Shown piece by piece: positions 18,576 to 27,862 of a DNA stretch of 64,000 nucleotides (positions are counted from its first letter, which is position 1; each line of letters starts with the position of its first letter). Source of the DNA: Dehalococcoidia bacterium (GTDB lineage Bacteria; Chloroflexota; Dehalococcoidia; Bin125); NCBI GenBank assembly GCA_963555985.3, contig OY820591.1:704001-768000 (forward strand), written 5' to 3'. Below the pieces are notes generated by a model that was not told the DNA's origin, did no database searches, and saw only the letters and a list, made by a program, of their open reading frames with translations. The position numbers and the translations under genes are program-made.

Positions 18576-19802
18576 CTAGCGGCCGATGACGAGGGAGACG
18601 GAGGTGGTACCGCTGCCGCCGATGTTGAGAGTGGCGGCGCGACTTGCGTCTTGGACCTGGTAGTCGCCGGCATTGTTCGTGACCTGCTTCCAGGCGTCGA
18701 GCGCCTGGCGGACGCCGGTCGCGCCGACCGGGTGGCCGCCGCCGATCAGACCGCCGGAGGGGTTCATCGGGATGTCGCCGTCGAAGTCGATGCGGCCGTC
18801 CTCGATGGCCTCGAAGCTGCGGCCCGGCTCGGTCAGGCCGAAGTGGTCGATGGCCATGTAGTGCGAGGTGGTGAAGCAGTCGTGGGTCTCGATCACGTCG
18901 AGTTGTTCGGGGCCGTCAATGCCGGCGCGATCGTACGCATCGGTGATGGCGCGGCGGGTGTGCGGGAGCACGTAGGAGTCGCCGGCGGCCTGAGCGATCT
19001 TCTCGTCGAAGGTGAGAGCGGCGGTGCGGTGTCCCCAACCCTGGATTGTGGGTACATCGGCGAGGTCGATGCCGCGACGCTCGGCCCACTCTGCTGCGCG
19101 CTCCTCGTTGGCGAGCACGAGCGCGGCCGCGCCGTCGGTGATCTGCGAGCAGTCGCGGAGCAGCAGACGCCCCGTGATCGGCATCGTGTACTTGCCCTCG
19201 TTGAGGTCGGCGCGGGCGTCTCCGAGCCAACTGCGGGTCTGGGCGGCGGGGTTGCGCTGGGCGTTCTCGTAGTTGAGTTCGGCTAGTCGCTGGAGGTGGG
19301 CGGGGTCGAGTCCGTAGCGGTCGTCGTAGACGTCGCCGAGGCGGCCGAAGAGCTTGGGGAAGGGGAGTTCGACGCCCTGGGCTTCCAGCTCGTACCAGCC
19401 GGCGGTACCGAGGAAGTCGCCGCCCTCGACCGGAGAGACGGTCTTCATCTGTTCGACGCCGAGGATGAGGGCGGTGCCGTAGCGCTCGGCTTCGAGTTCG
19501 GCCGAGGCCATGAGGATGGAGATCGAGCCGGAGGCGCAGGCGGCCTCGTGGCGGGAGGTGGGCAGACCGCCGAAGTCGGGGTTGATTTCGGCGAAGAAGC
19601 CGCCGAGTTGTCCCTGTTTGGCGTAGAGCTCGCCGGCGAAGTTGCCGACATGGGCGGTGTCGATGTCGCCTGGTTCCATTTCGCAGACATCGAGCGCGCC
19701 GTGCACGGCCTCGGCCATGACATCGCGCAGGTTGTGTTCTTCCTTGCGCCAGTTGCGGGCGAAGTCGGTCTGGTATCCGCCGAGGATGTAGGTCTTAGAC
19801 AT
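18576..19802 (-). CDS. Thiolase (acetyl-CoA acyltransferase, SCP2/HDCF type)
   Basis: EAACASG, ETHDCFT, NPSGGL..GHPVGATG motifs. RBS aggag. Confidence 0.92.
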   Translation of the reverse strand: MSKTYILGGYQTDFARNWRKEEHNLRDVMAEAVHGALDVCEMEPGDIDTAHVGNFAGELYAKQGQLGGFFAEINPDFGGLPTSRHEAACASGSISILMASAELEAERYGTALILGVEQMKTVSPVEGGDFLGTAGWYELEAQGVELPFPKLFGRLGDVYDDRYGLDPAHLQRLAELNYENAQRNPAAQTRSWLGDARADLNEGKYTMPITGRLLLRDCSQITDGAAALVLANEERAAEWAERRGIDLADVPTIQGWGHRTAALTFDEKIAQAAGDSYVLPHTRRAITDAYDRAGIDGPEQLDVIETHDCFTTSHYMAIDHFGLTEPGRSFEAIEDGRIDFDGDIPMNPSGGLIGGGHPVGATGVRQALDAWKQVTNNAGDYQVQDASRAATLNIGGSGTTSVSLVIGR

Positions 19803-19838
19803 GGTGACTCCTAGGTCGTTGCGGTTGTTGGCAGAGTA

Positions 19839-20189
19839 TCAGGGCAGCGCCTCGAGTTTGTTGATGAAGCGACGCACATCGCCGAGGCCGCGCGAAACTA
19901 CGTCGGGGTTGTCCCAGTCTTCGTAGAAGTTGACGTGGAGCAGATTTGCACTGCGGAACAGGAGGCGAATTTCGTCGTCGCTCGTTTCGTCGACCAGCCG
20001 CGTGACGGCCCGATACAGAGCTGCGTGTGTTCGATGCGGCCAGTCTCGTTGTTCGCAGACGGCTTTGACCGCCTGCGCGGCCGCTCCCCAGCCCTTCTCC
20101 GAAGCCTGGCGCGTATCGCCCTCGGCGAGTTCGGACTCAGCCTGGGCGAGTAGGTGGAGGCTGGCCTCTTGGTAGGTCTGGGTAGTCAT
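19839..20189 (-). CDS. PaREP1-family (HEPN-like) protein
   Basis: QASEKGWGAAAQAVKA and LHVNFYEDW. RBS aggag. Close paralog of 12525..12875. Confidence 0.82.
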   Translation of the reverse strand: MTTQTYQEASLHLLAQAESELAEGDTRQASEKGWGAAAQAVKAVCEQRDWPHRTHAALYRAVTRLVDETSDDEIRLLFRSANLLHVNFYEDWDNPDVVSRGLGDVRRFINKLEALP

Positions 20190-20351
20190 GGGTGATGCTC
20201 CTGGGCCTCAGTGTAGGCGGGTGGGCTTGTCGCACAGGCGGGGTGCATTGTCCGAATTGCGGGCACGGTAGGGACTGGGCGGTCGCGATTCGCGGCCTCG
20301 CGGGGCTGTGAGAAAAAAACGAGGTGGGGTTTGCCGCTTGCGGTCGGGGGA

Positions 20352-20708
20352 TTACGGCGGCTCTTCCTCTTCCTCGAGGCTGTCGTCGTCGTCCGGCAGG
20401 GGCACGTCTTCGCCGCGCATCAGGGCCACGGCGATGGCGTGGGGATGGAGGTGGAGTTCCTTCTTCTGCTCGGGCGTAAGGGGTGCTTCGGGCAGGCGGG
20501 GGGAGTGGTTGGCTCGGGGTTTGGGCGCGGGTTCGGGATGGGGTTCGAGGTCGAGGGCGTGGTGGATCTCGCGGCTCTTGGAGTTGGAGGGGGAGAGTTC
20601 GCGGATGAGGAGGGCGAGCGCTTTGATGCGGACGTGGCCGGCTTCGTCGGAGTGGGCGAGTTGGCCGACGCCGGTCATGCTGGACTGGTAGGTGTAATCG
20701 AAGGGCAT
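20352..20708 (-). CDS. Hypothetical 118 aa protein, possible terminase small-subunit-derived; paralog of 55471..55842
   Basis: MPF.Y.YQS.M.GVG.LA...RELSP.N.KSREIHHAL...PHPEPAP...MRGEDVPL shared between the two copies. RBS aaaggaa. Confidence 0.7.
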   Translation of the reverse strand: MPFDYTYQSSMTGVGQLAHSDEAGHVRIKALALLIRELSPSNSKSREIHHALDLEPHPEPAPKPRANHSPRLPEAPLTPEQKKELHLHPHAIAVALMRGEDVPLPDDDDSLEEEEEPP

Positions 20709-20826
20709 GGCGGGGTGTTCCTTTCTTGGGAACCTACGTTTTGGATAGGTGAGTTTATATGTTCTGATGTTCGGGTTGCAAACTGGTTGGGTGTGTTGTG
20801 GTTGTCGTTGGGGTGGTTTGGGGAGT

Positions 20827-21128
20827 CCCCCCCTCTGCCTACGGCATCTCCCCCCGCAAGGGGGGAGAGGGGATAAGGGAGGGGGAAGGTTGGTAGTGCT
20901 CACATCGAGATACCCGCGACGGAGCGCGGGTATGACGGAGTTTTTGGCAGGTATAGCGGTGTTGCGGGCGTTTGTGCTGGGTGTGGTGCTTCACCCCCTC
21001 TGTCACTTCGTGACATCTCCCCCCAAGGGGGAGATTTTGGGGAGGTGGGGTGAGGGTTGGGTACTGGTCACGGCGAGATACCCGCGACGGGGCGCGGGTA
21101 TGACGGAGCTCTGGGCGCGGGTATGACG
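20827..21128 (-). repeat. BIME-like array of alternating REP family B and family A palindromes
   Basis: B at 20827-20868 and 20994-21033 (cccctctgtcacttcgtgacatctccccccaagggggag), A at 20906-20937 and 21074-21105, half-A at 21113-21128. Confidence 0.85.
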
Positions 21129-21218
21129 GTCTTGATTTACGCAAAGGTCTCCGGTGGGGAGAGATCGATTGAGCGTTACGCTCCGGTGTTGGTCTGGCGT
21201 GGGTGGATGGGGATGGGT

Positions 21219-22034
21219 CTAGTAGCCGCGGAACTGAGGCGCCCGCTTCTCGCGCCAGCTGAGGCGGCCTTCGTTTGCGTCTTCGGTCTGGCGGTAGCGG
21301 TCGGAGACTTCGACTTCTCTGGCCAGCGTGTCGCGGAGGGAGTGCTCGGAGGCGTAGTCGATCATCTCTTTGAAGGCGGAGGCGTTGAGGGTTGGGAGGC
21401 CGGCGAGGTTGGAGATGTACTTGTCCGCTTCGGCGTCGAAGTCTTCGAGCGGCCAGACGCGGTTGGCCCAACCGGATTGGAGCGCTTCTTCGGCGAACAT
21501 GTGGCGGCCGGTGATGAGCAGTTCGAGCGCGCGGCCGCGGCCCATGATGCGGGGCGCGAACCAGGTGGTGCCGCCGTTCATGCCGATCGCGCGCTGGACG
21601 CGGTGGTCGCCGACCTCGATGTTGTCGGCGCAGAGGCGGATATCGCAGGCGCAGGCGAGCTCCCAGCCGTGTCCTAGGGCCCAGCCGTTGACCAGCGCGA
21701 TCACCGGCTTCTTGAGCGCGCGGAGCGAGAGCAGGAAGGGATGGTGGACGGTGATCGAGGAGTCAATGCCGCTGGGTTCCATTCCGTAGAGGTCGTCGCC
21801 TGAGCAGAAGGCCAGTTGACCGGCTCCGCGCAGAGTGACGACGCGGACGTCGGGGCGGGCGGCGGCGAAGTCGATTAGCGCTTGGAGTTCGTGCAGCAGG
21901 CGGAAGGAGAGCGCATTGAGGCGTTCGGGACGATTGAGCGTGATCGCGAGCACGCCTTCGGCGGTGATGTCCCAGATGGTGACGGCCCATTCACCGTCGG
22001 CGAGTGGGGTAGGCGCGTCGGGGATGCTGGACAT
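21219..22034 (-). CDS. Enoyl-CoA hydratase/isomerase family protein
   Basis: ITLNRPERLNAL, AFCSGDDL, KPVIALVNGWALGHGWELACACDIR, EDANEGRLSWREKRAPQFRG. Confidence 0.92.
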   Translation of the reverse strand: MSSIPDAPTPLADGEWAVTIWDITAEGVLAITLNRPERLNALSFRLLHELQALIDFAAARPDVRVVTLRGAGQLAFCSGDDLYGMEPSGIDSSITVHHPFLLSLRALKKPVIALVNGWALGHGWELACACDIRLCADNIEVGDHRVQRAIGMNGGTTWFAPRIMGRGRALELLITGRHMFAEEALQSGWANRVWPLEDFDAEADKYISNLAGLPTLNASAFKEMIDYASEHSLRDTLAREVEVSDRYRQTEDANEGRLSWREKRAPQFRGY

Positions 22035-22214
22035 AATTGTTCCTCTCGGCGTTGCTATCTGGTGACGGACAGTATCGCGGAAACAGCGGGTGAACTGGAT
22101 GTTACCGCGCTCGTACTCTCAAGACGGAGCGGTGCAATACGCAATGGCTCGGGGTTCACCGGTACCGACGGAGCTAGACCGCCGAGAAGTTGCCGCCGCC
22201 AGAGAGAGCATTCC

Positions 22215-22886
22215 ATGATTCTGACGCAGGCATTGTCGAGGCGGCGGGGAGTGGCGCTTGCCGCGTTGACGCTGATCGCGACGGCGATGCTGCTGGCCCT
22301 GCCGAGCCTGAGTTTGGCCCAGTCGGCAGAGGAAGAGGAGCCGCAGCCGCAGCCGGCCTACCGCTTCTATGGATTCGCGGGCAGCGTGACGATCGACGGG
22401 GAGGCGGCGCCGGACGGGACGGTGATTGAGGCGTGGACGAACGGCGAGATTGTCGGCACAGGCACGGTGCGTGAGGGCGCTTGGAACGTCGATGTGGATT
22501 ACCTGCTGGGCGGGATCCGGTTCACCGTCAACGGCTTGCCGGATACGGGCGGTCCGCATGATGCGCTGATGCGGGGCGGACAGGCGATGATCGAGCTTGC
22601 GGCGGTGACGCCGGAGCCTGAACCGACGTGTCCCGAGGCGGACACGATGGAATCCGGCGAAGAGCCGGCAGCGAACGATGAGCTGATGTCGGAGGACTGT
22701 CCTGAGGAAACGGCCGCTGATCTGGAGGAAGAGACGACGCTCGGGTTCCCGAACAGCGGCAATGCCGGCCTGAGCGGCGGCGCAGTGAGCACGACGCTCG
22801 TGGTTGGGATTGTGCTGGGCGTTGCCGCGCTCGGCGCCGCGGCCGGCGTCGCGTGGCGGCGGACGAAGACCGCCGTTCGCGTATGA
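22215..22886 (+). CDS. Secreted RFYG-domain protein with C-terminal sorting signal (FPNSGNAGL-TM-RRTK)
   Basis: Signal peptide, YRFYG..G.V.IDGEAAPDGTVIEAW domain, acidic linker bounded by CPE...CPE, TM helix and basic tail. Confidence 0.8.
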   Translation: MILTQALSRRRGVALAALTLIATAMLLALPSLSLAQSAEEEEPQPQPAYRFYGFAGSVTIDGEAAPDGTVIEAWTNGEIVGTGTVREGAWNVDVDYLLGGIRFTVNGLPDTGGPHDALMRGGQAMIELAAVTPEPEPTCPEADTMESGEEPAANDELMSEDCPEETAADLEEETTLGFPNSGNAGLSGGAVSTTLVVGIVLGVAALGAAAGVAWRRTKTAVRV

Positions 22887-22979
22887 CGCGACCGTAAATC
22901 TTCAGTCTCCGGTCGCACGGCGGCGCCGATCGCAGCGTGGCGGCTACGGTCAGTGCATACACTCGTATATGTGAGCACC

Positions 22980-24638
22980 ATGATCTGGGCGATGTCGGTG
23001 ATCGGCGTCCTCTTCCCGCTCCGACGCCGGACATGCGCGCCGATATGCGCGGTGTTGGTCGCAGTGGCCGGGGCGACGCTGGCGACGGCTGTTGCGTTCC
23101 AGGGCGCGATTCGGGTCAGCGCGGATCCAGCGCAGCTCTCCGCGCAGGGCGGGCGGTCGCAGATCGTGGTGCAACTCCCCGCCACCGCTGCAAACGGCGA
23201 GACCCACGTCACGCTGACGACGGACCTGGGAGCGTTCACGGCCGACAGCGGTCCCCAGCGGCTGGATGCGCAGCTTTCGCCCGCAGGCACGACTGGTCTT
23301 CTGCGCGCGTCGGCCGTCTTGGTTGGCGACGGCCGGGCCGGCCTCTCGGTGGTCACGGCGCGTGTCGGCGATCTGTTCGATACCGTCACCGTGCGGTTCA
23401 TTGGCCCTGCGGCCGACCTGATACAGCGCACGCCGACAGTCGAGCATCCACTCGACGCGCTGCGGACGCACCAGATCAGCGTCGAGGTTCATGATACGAA
23501 CGACTACGCGGTCTCGGGCGCGGACATCGTTTTCCGGATCGTAGAGGCTGGGGCGGGGGCGGAATTGCGGAGCGGAGCGCGAGCCGAGTCTGAGCAGATG
23601 ACGGTAGTGAGCAATGCGCTCGGGATCGCGTCTGTGCGCTTATCGGGCGCGCCGGGCACCGTGCGGCTGCAAGCCTCCAGCGGCTCCGCGAGGCTTGAGA
23701 TCCGCCTGGAGCTACATGGTGAGCCTGCCAGCCTGCGCCTGATTGGTCTAGATGGGGAAACAATTGGGAGCGGCACAGAGGGCGCGGTCGGCTCTTTGCA
23801 AGCGTTGTTGGTGGACCGCAGCGGTCGGAGCGCTCCGAATCAACGAATCAGTTTTGAGACGACCAGCGGCGGCCCGTCGGTCGTCGCCGACGGGGAGGGT
23901 GAATCGTTCGTGACGGACGGCGGCGGTCGGGCGCGATTCCATCTTGATGCGACCGATGCGCAGTTGGGCAAGCACACGATCACGGGGCGCTGGTCGCGCG
24001 GCGGCAGGACCCTGAGCGACAGCATTGAGATCGTCGTCTCCGGGCGGCCGGCGGCGCTCTACCTGACTGCGCAGGCGGTGGTGAGCGAGATCGCGGATCC
24101 GATCACGGGTCTGCTCTCGAACGTGAGCCGCTATCAGGTGTACGCGCAGGTGGTCGATTCAAGCGGGCAGCCTGTCGCGGGGAGTTGGGAAGTGCGCTGG
24201 CGGCCGCTGGTGTCGGGCGCGCGGGTCTCGGCTACGCCCGAGGTGAGTTCGACGCGGAACGGTACTGCTTCCTCGACGTTCACATTGCATCACGACGGGA
24301 GCGGGCCTGATCTGAGCAGCGTGCAGGCGCAGGCGTGGCTGATCGAAGCGGCTCAAGTGAACAGCCGAGGCGCGATTGCGGACCTGGTGAGCTCCGGTCT
24401 GCCGCTGCGAACTGGCTGGAATGTCGTGACCTGGCGGGGCGAAACAGTTGCGGTCAGCGAAGCGTTGGCGCCGATCGCACATGCGACGCGGGCGGTCTGG
24501 CGGCAGTCTGCCGAGGGCGATTGGGAGGTCTGGTTCACGGAATCGGTGCCGGGGAAGACGGATTTCATGCTGGGGAATGGAGATCGGATCTTCATTGTGC
24601 TGCACAGTGCAGCTCGCTTGCAGCACGTTGAGCGGTAG
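22980..24638 (+). CDS. Secreted Ig-like (invasin/Big_1-like) protein with C-terminal Trp-rich domain
   Basis: Signal peptide, repeated V.D..G..V.G..I.F Ig-like patterns, and C-terminal LRTGWNVVTWRG...VW.....W..W...PGKTDFML.NGDRIFI. Start uncertain (22953-22992). Confidence 0.72.
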   Translation: MIWAMSVIGVLFPLRRRTCAPICAVLVAVAGATLATAVAFQGAIRVSADPAQLSAQGGRSQIVVQLPATAANGETHVTLTTDLGAFTADSGPQRLDAQLSPAGTTGLLRASAVLVGDGRAGLSVVTARVGDLFDTVTVRFIGPAADLIQRTPTVEHPLDALRTHQISVEVHDTNDYAVSGADIVFRIVEAGAGAELRSGARAESEQMTVVSNALGIASVRLSGAPGTVRLQASSGSARLEIRLELHGEPASLRLIGLDGETIGSGTEGAVGSLQALLVDRSGRSAPNQRISFETTSGGPSVVADGEGESFVTDGGGRARFHLDATDAQLGKHTITGRWSRGGRTLSDSIEIVVSGRPAALYLTAQAVVSEIADPITGLLSNVSRYQVYAQVVDSSGQPVAGSWEVRWRPLVSGARVSATPEVSSTRNGTASSTFTLHHDGSGPDLSSVQAQAWLIEAAQVNSRGAIADLVSSGLPLRTGWNVVTWRGETVAVSEALAPIAHATRAVWRQSAEGDWEVWFTESVPGKTDFMLGNGDRIFIVLHSAARLQHVER

Positions 24639-24668
24639 TTTTCGGGCGGGGCGTAGAGTGCGGGCGTG

Positions 24669-27125
24669 ATGGCTCGTTGCTTGCTGACGGCAGTACTGGC
24701 GCTGGGAGCGTGGTGTGTGCTGAGCGTGGTCTCGGCGTCGGCGCAGGGGACGCACGAGTGGCTGGTGAACAGCGACGGGGACGATTCGGGGGGATGTCCG
24801 CAGCAGTGCACCCTGCGGGCGGCGATCGAGGCGGCCAATGCGTCTGAGGGGGGTGATCGGATTCGCTTCGCGCGAGGGATGACGATTCGCCCTCAGTCTT
24901 GGCTGCCGGCGTTGGCGACTGCCGATATCGCGATCGATGCGTCCGACTTGGGCGGCGGGGTCGATCAGGTTCCACAGGTGTGGCTCCAGGGCGCCGAGGC
25001 GGGTGATGCAGCGGGGATTGAGATCACGGCGGCTCGGGCGCAGGTGCGCGGGTTGGGGATTTCGGGTTTTCAGCGTTACGGCGTCGGGGTGGTGGGCGCG
25101 GGTGCGGTTGATGCGTTGATTGAGGGGAACTGGATTGGGCTGTCCAGCGACGGACGAAGGGCGGAGCCGAATCGTCTGAGCGGGGTGGCGGTGGTGGGTG
25201 GGGCTGCGGGAGCGCGGATCGTCGGGAACCGGATTGGGGGCAACAGCGTCACGGCTCGAACGGGACACGGCATCGTGGTCGGGGGCGGCGGATCGATCAA
25301 CGCGGAGTTGATTGAGAACGTGATTGGGATTGGCATCGATGGGTCTGCGCTGCCCAACGATGACGGAATTTTGATCGTCGATTCGGGACACGCGACGGTG
25401 CGGGGCAACGTGATCGGCTTCAGTGCGGTAGCCGGGATCGAGGTGCGAGAGACGCGCATTCCGATCGACATCAGCAGCAATTGGGTGGGTGTTCAGCGCA
25501 GCGGAGAGACAGCCGCGAACGATGTGGGGATCTTCTTGGGGCCGGGTTCGGCGGCTGTCCGCGTGGGCGCGAGCGCGGCGAATGTAATCGCGGGGAATCG
25601 TGTGGGGATCGCGGTCGAACAGGGCGCCCGCGACGCAGAGCTGTGGAACAACTGGATCGGGCTCGTGCCCCGAGGCGGAAGCATGAGTTCGACCGATCTG
25701 CCGCGCGCGCGCGTTCTCCCGAATGCTGAACGCGGTATTTCGATCATCGCCGACGCAGCCAACACGCTCGTGGTCAATAACCTCGTAGCGGCCGGCAACT
25801 ACGGAATTGTGGTGGCCAATGCGCATACGGTGAGTCTGATCCGCAATGTCGTGGCCGGCGCGCGCAACGGACGGACTCAAGTCGGGATCGACGTGCGCGC
25901 GGGGACCGGGGTTGAGATCGGAGGTAAGAGAGGATTGGGCAATGACATCTGCCGCAATGACGTCTGCGGCAATGACATCTGCGGCGCTGAGGTGGCGGTG
26001 AGACTAGCGATGATCGAGGAAGCCCAAGTGCTGCGGAACCGGATTGGCCCCGATGTCGCCGAACGAGTCAGATTTGACAGCGACGACCGTATGGACACCG
26101 GAATCGAGCTGGGGGCGGGCGTGGTACGGACGAAGGTGCAACAAAACCAGATCGCCGGCGCAGCGGGGGCCGGGATCGCAGTCACGGGCCGCAACGCTCG
26201 CGACAACGAGCTCACGCAGAACGCATACACCGGCAATGGCATCGACATCGATCTGGGTGGAGATGGACCGACGCGCAACGATCCGGGCGATGTTGATTCC
26301 GGCCCTCATGGGCTGCTGAACTATCCCATCCTTGAGAGTCACACGGTGATCCAGAAGGGCAACCAACTCCACTCGACCTTCTCGGGTACCGCGCAGCCGG
26401 GGGCGCACGTTCAGCTGTATGTATTGGACGGAAGCCGCATGAACCCGTTCGCGCAGACAATCAGGCCCGCAGACCTGAATGGTCGCTGGGAGGCGGTCTC
26501 GCTTGAGTTGCCGACGGGATCCATTCGAGCGCTCGCGATTTCGAGGACGCGAGCGACATCCGAATTCTCGCCGCCGTGGGAGCCTACACGCCGGGTCAAA
26601 GTGCGCAGCGGTGTTTCATACCTTGTCTGGCGCGGCGCGGACACGTCAATCGAGCAGGCTTTTGCCGGTCGCTTCGCCGAGGCCCTGGAGACGGTCTGGC
26701 GCTGGGACGCGGCCTCGCAAGATTGGCAGGGATGGGCGCCGAATGTGCCTGGCGCGGAACTGACGCGCGTGCGACACGGCGATGTCCTCACCGTCGAGTT
26801 TCGGCAGGGCGTACCCGAGAACTTCTTCATGCCGCCGCGTGGTGCAGCCGGCGAACGCGGCGCGGCCGTGTGGTTGTACGAGGGTCTCAACGAGGTGAGC
26901 TGGCTGGCTGGGCCGGTGGACGGGGTTGAGGCGCTGACTGCGCTGGATCGGGCGCAGCCGCGACTGTTGAGCGTGGTCTGGCAGTGGGACGATCGACAGG
27001 GGCGGTGGCGTGTGGTCTGGCCGCGTCTGAGCGCGTCTTGGACGCCTCCGCGCTGGACTGCGGATGGGAGCGTGCGGCTGTGGATTCGCGCGTCGCGGTC
27101 CGAGCTGTGGTTGCAGTGGCCTTGA
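24669..27125 (+). CDS. Secreted CSLREA-domain right-handed beta-helix protein with two C-terminal Trp-rich domains
   Basis: VNSDGD...CTLRAAIEAAN (CSLREA), repeated I.GN.IG beta-helix turns, IDLGGDG.T.ND.GD.D.GP..L.NYP, ATSEFS. Confidence 0.85.
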   Translation: MARCLLTAVLALGAWCVLSVVSASAQGTHEWLVNSDGDDSGGCPQQCTLRAAIEAANASEGGDRIRFARGMTIRPQSWLPALATADIAIDASDLGGGVDQVPQVWLQGAEAGDAAGIEITAARAQVRGLGISGFQRYGVGVVGAGAVDALIEGNWIGLSSDGRRAEPNRLSGVAVVGGAAGARIVGNRIGGNSVTARTGHGIVVGGGGSINAELIENVIGIGIDGSALPNDDGILIVDSGHATVRGNVIGFSAVAGIEVRETRIPIDISSNWVGVQRSGETAANDVGIFLGPGSAAVRVGASAANVIAGNRVGIAVEQGARDAELWNNWIGLVPRGGSMSSTDLPRARVLPNAERGISIIADAANTLVVNNLVAAGNYGIVVANAHTVSLIRNVVAGARNGRTQVGIDVRAGTGVEIGGKRGLGNDICRNDVCGNDICGAEVAVRLAMIEEAQVLRNRIGPDVAERVRFDSDDRMDTGIELGAGVVRTKVQQNQIAGAAGAGIAVTGRNARDNELTQNAYTGNGIDIDLGGDGPTRNDPGDVDSGPHGLLNYPILESHTVIQKGNQLHSTFSGTAQPGAHVQLYVLDGSRMNPFAQTIRPADLNGRWEAVSLELPTGSIRALAISRTRATSEFSPPWEPTRRVKVRSGVSYLVWRGADTSIEQAFAGRFAEALETVWRWDAASQDWQGWAPNVPGAELTRVRHGDVLTVEFRQGVPENFFMPPRGAAGERGAAVWLYEGLNEVSWLAGPVDGVEALTALDRAQPRLLSVVWQWDDRQGRWRVVWPRLSASWTPPRWTADGSVRLWIRASRSELWLQWP
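25941..25985 (+). repeat. In-frame 15-bp triple tandem repeat (NDICR-NDVCG-NDICG)
   Basis: aatgacatctgccgc aatgacgtctgcggc aatgacatctgcggc. Confidence 0.85.
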
Positions 27126-27139
27126 TCGGTGGTCGGACT

Positions 27140-27188
27140 CCCCTCTGTCACTTCGTGACATCTCCCCCCGCGATGCGGGGGGGAGAGA
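27140..27188 (-). repeat. REP-like palindrome, family B, between convergent genes
   Basis: cccctctgtcacttcgtgacatctccccccgcgatgcggggggga; the first ~30 bp match 20995-21024. Confidence 0.85.
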
Positions 27189-27194
27189 TTGGGA

Positions 27195-27710
27195 TTAGGC
27201 TCCGTCGCTGCGTTCGATGATCTCCGTGGCGATGAGGACGACGATGGCTCGGTCGCCCTCTTGCGCGATTCGGAGTTCGCCGCGGAAGCCGGGGTTGTCG
27301 TCGTCGCGGAAGCTGATGAAGTCGACATTGGCGCGGCGCGGATCGGCAGTCACCTCCCAGGGTTCGTTGTCGAGTTGGGAGCGATACCAGCTGTAGAGGT
27401 TGTCGGCGTGTTCTTCGGTGGTTTGCCAGCCGACGATGAGTTCACGGCGCTGGTCGGTGTCGGTGAAGGCGGAACCGAGCAACTCCAGTGTGTCGCGGAC
27501 CGGGAAGCTGGGCGGCAGGTCGTCGACCATGCCCTGCACGCGTACATCGGCGATCGCGGTGCGGTCGGAGATGATCAGGTAGTTGCGGAAGAGGCGCTGG
27601 GCGGCGAGGCGTTCCTCGTCGTCGGAGTTGTCACAGGCGGCGAAGAGGCCCGCCGCGAGCAGGGGAGCGGCTAGCAACAGGAGCCAGCGAAGGCGAAGCA
27701 TCAAGCTCAT
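27195..27710 (-). CDS. Putative lipoprotein
   Basis: Basic/hydrophobic N-terminus with lipobox LFAAC. Start may be 27722. Confidence 0.7.
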   Translation of the reverse strand: MSLMLRLRWLLLLAAPLLAAGLFAACDNSDDEERLAAQRLFRNYLIISDRTAIADVRVQGMVDDLPPSFPVRDTLELLGSAFTDTDQRRELIVGWQTTEEHADNLYSWYRSQLDNEPWEVTADPRRANVDFISFRDDDNPGFRGELRIAQEGDRAIVVLIATEIIERSDGA

Positions 27711-27739
27711 ACGCTCTGTCATTGCTGCGGGGGTATGGA

Positions 27740-27817
27740 TGGGGTGGACGGTGGGATTCGAACCCACGAATACCAGGGCCACAACCTGGCGCCTTAGGCC
27801 TCTAGGCGACGCCCACC
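27740..27817 (-). tRNA. tRNA-His (GUG) with encoded G-1 and CCA
   Basis: Reverse complement G-GTGGGCG...ccagg-ttGTGgc-cctgg...GGTTCGAATCCC...CGTCCAC-C-CCA. Confidence 0.95.
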
Positions 27818-27862
27818 ATGCGGCGGTGGGGCTAGCGTATCACTGTCTTGGAGAGGCGCAGG

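Larger units (their letters stand above)
20300..21130 (-). mobile_element. Composite REP-array/small-ORF cassette, copy 1 (non-autonomous, inverted relative to copy 2)
   Basis: Collinear homology with 55175..56130 across the REP A and B units, the spacer gggttgggt.ctggtcacggcgag, the leader, the ORF and the downstream cgtttttttc.cac. Confidence 0.6.

Noticed and set aside
20730-20741. LexA-box-like GAACCTACGTTT upstream of the cassette ORF
   Set aside because: It mismatches GAAC-N4-GTTC and is not conserved in cassette copy 2.
20827-21128. Repeat-spacer pattern resembling a CRISPR array
   Set aside because: Two different palindrome families alternate, spacing is irregular, spacers are homologous to another locus, copies are dispersed, and no cas genes are present. 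This is REP/BIME-like.
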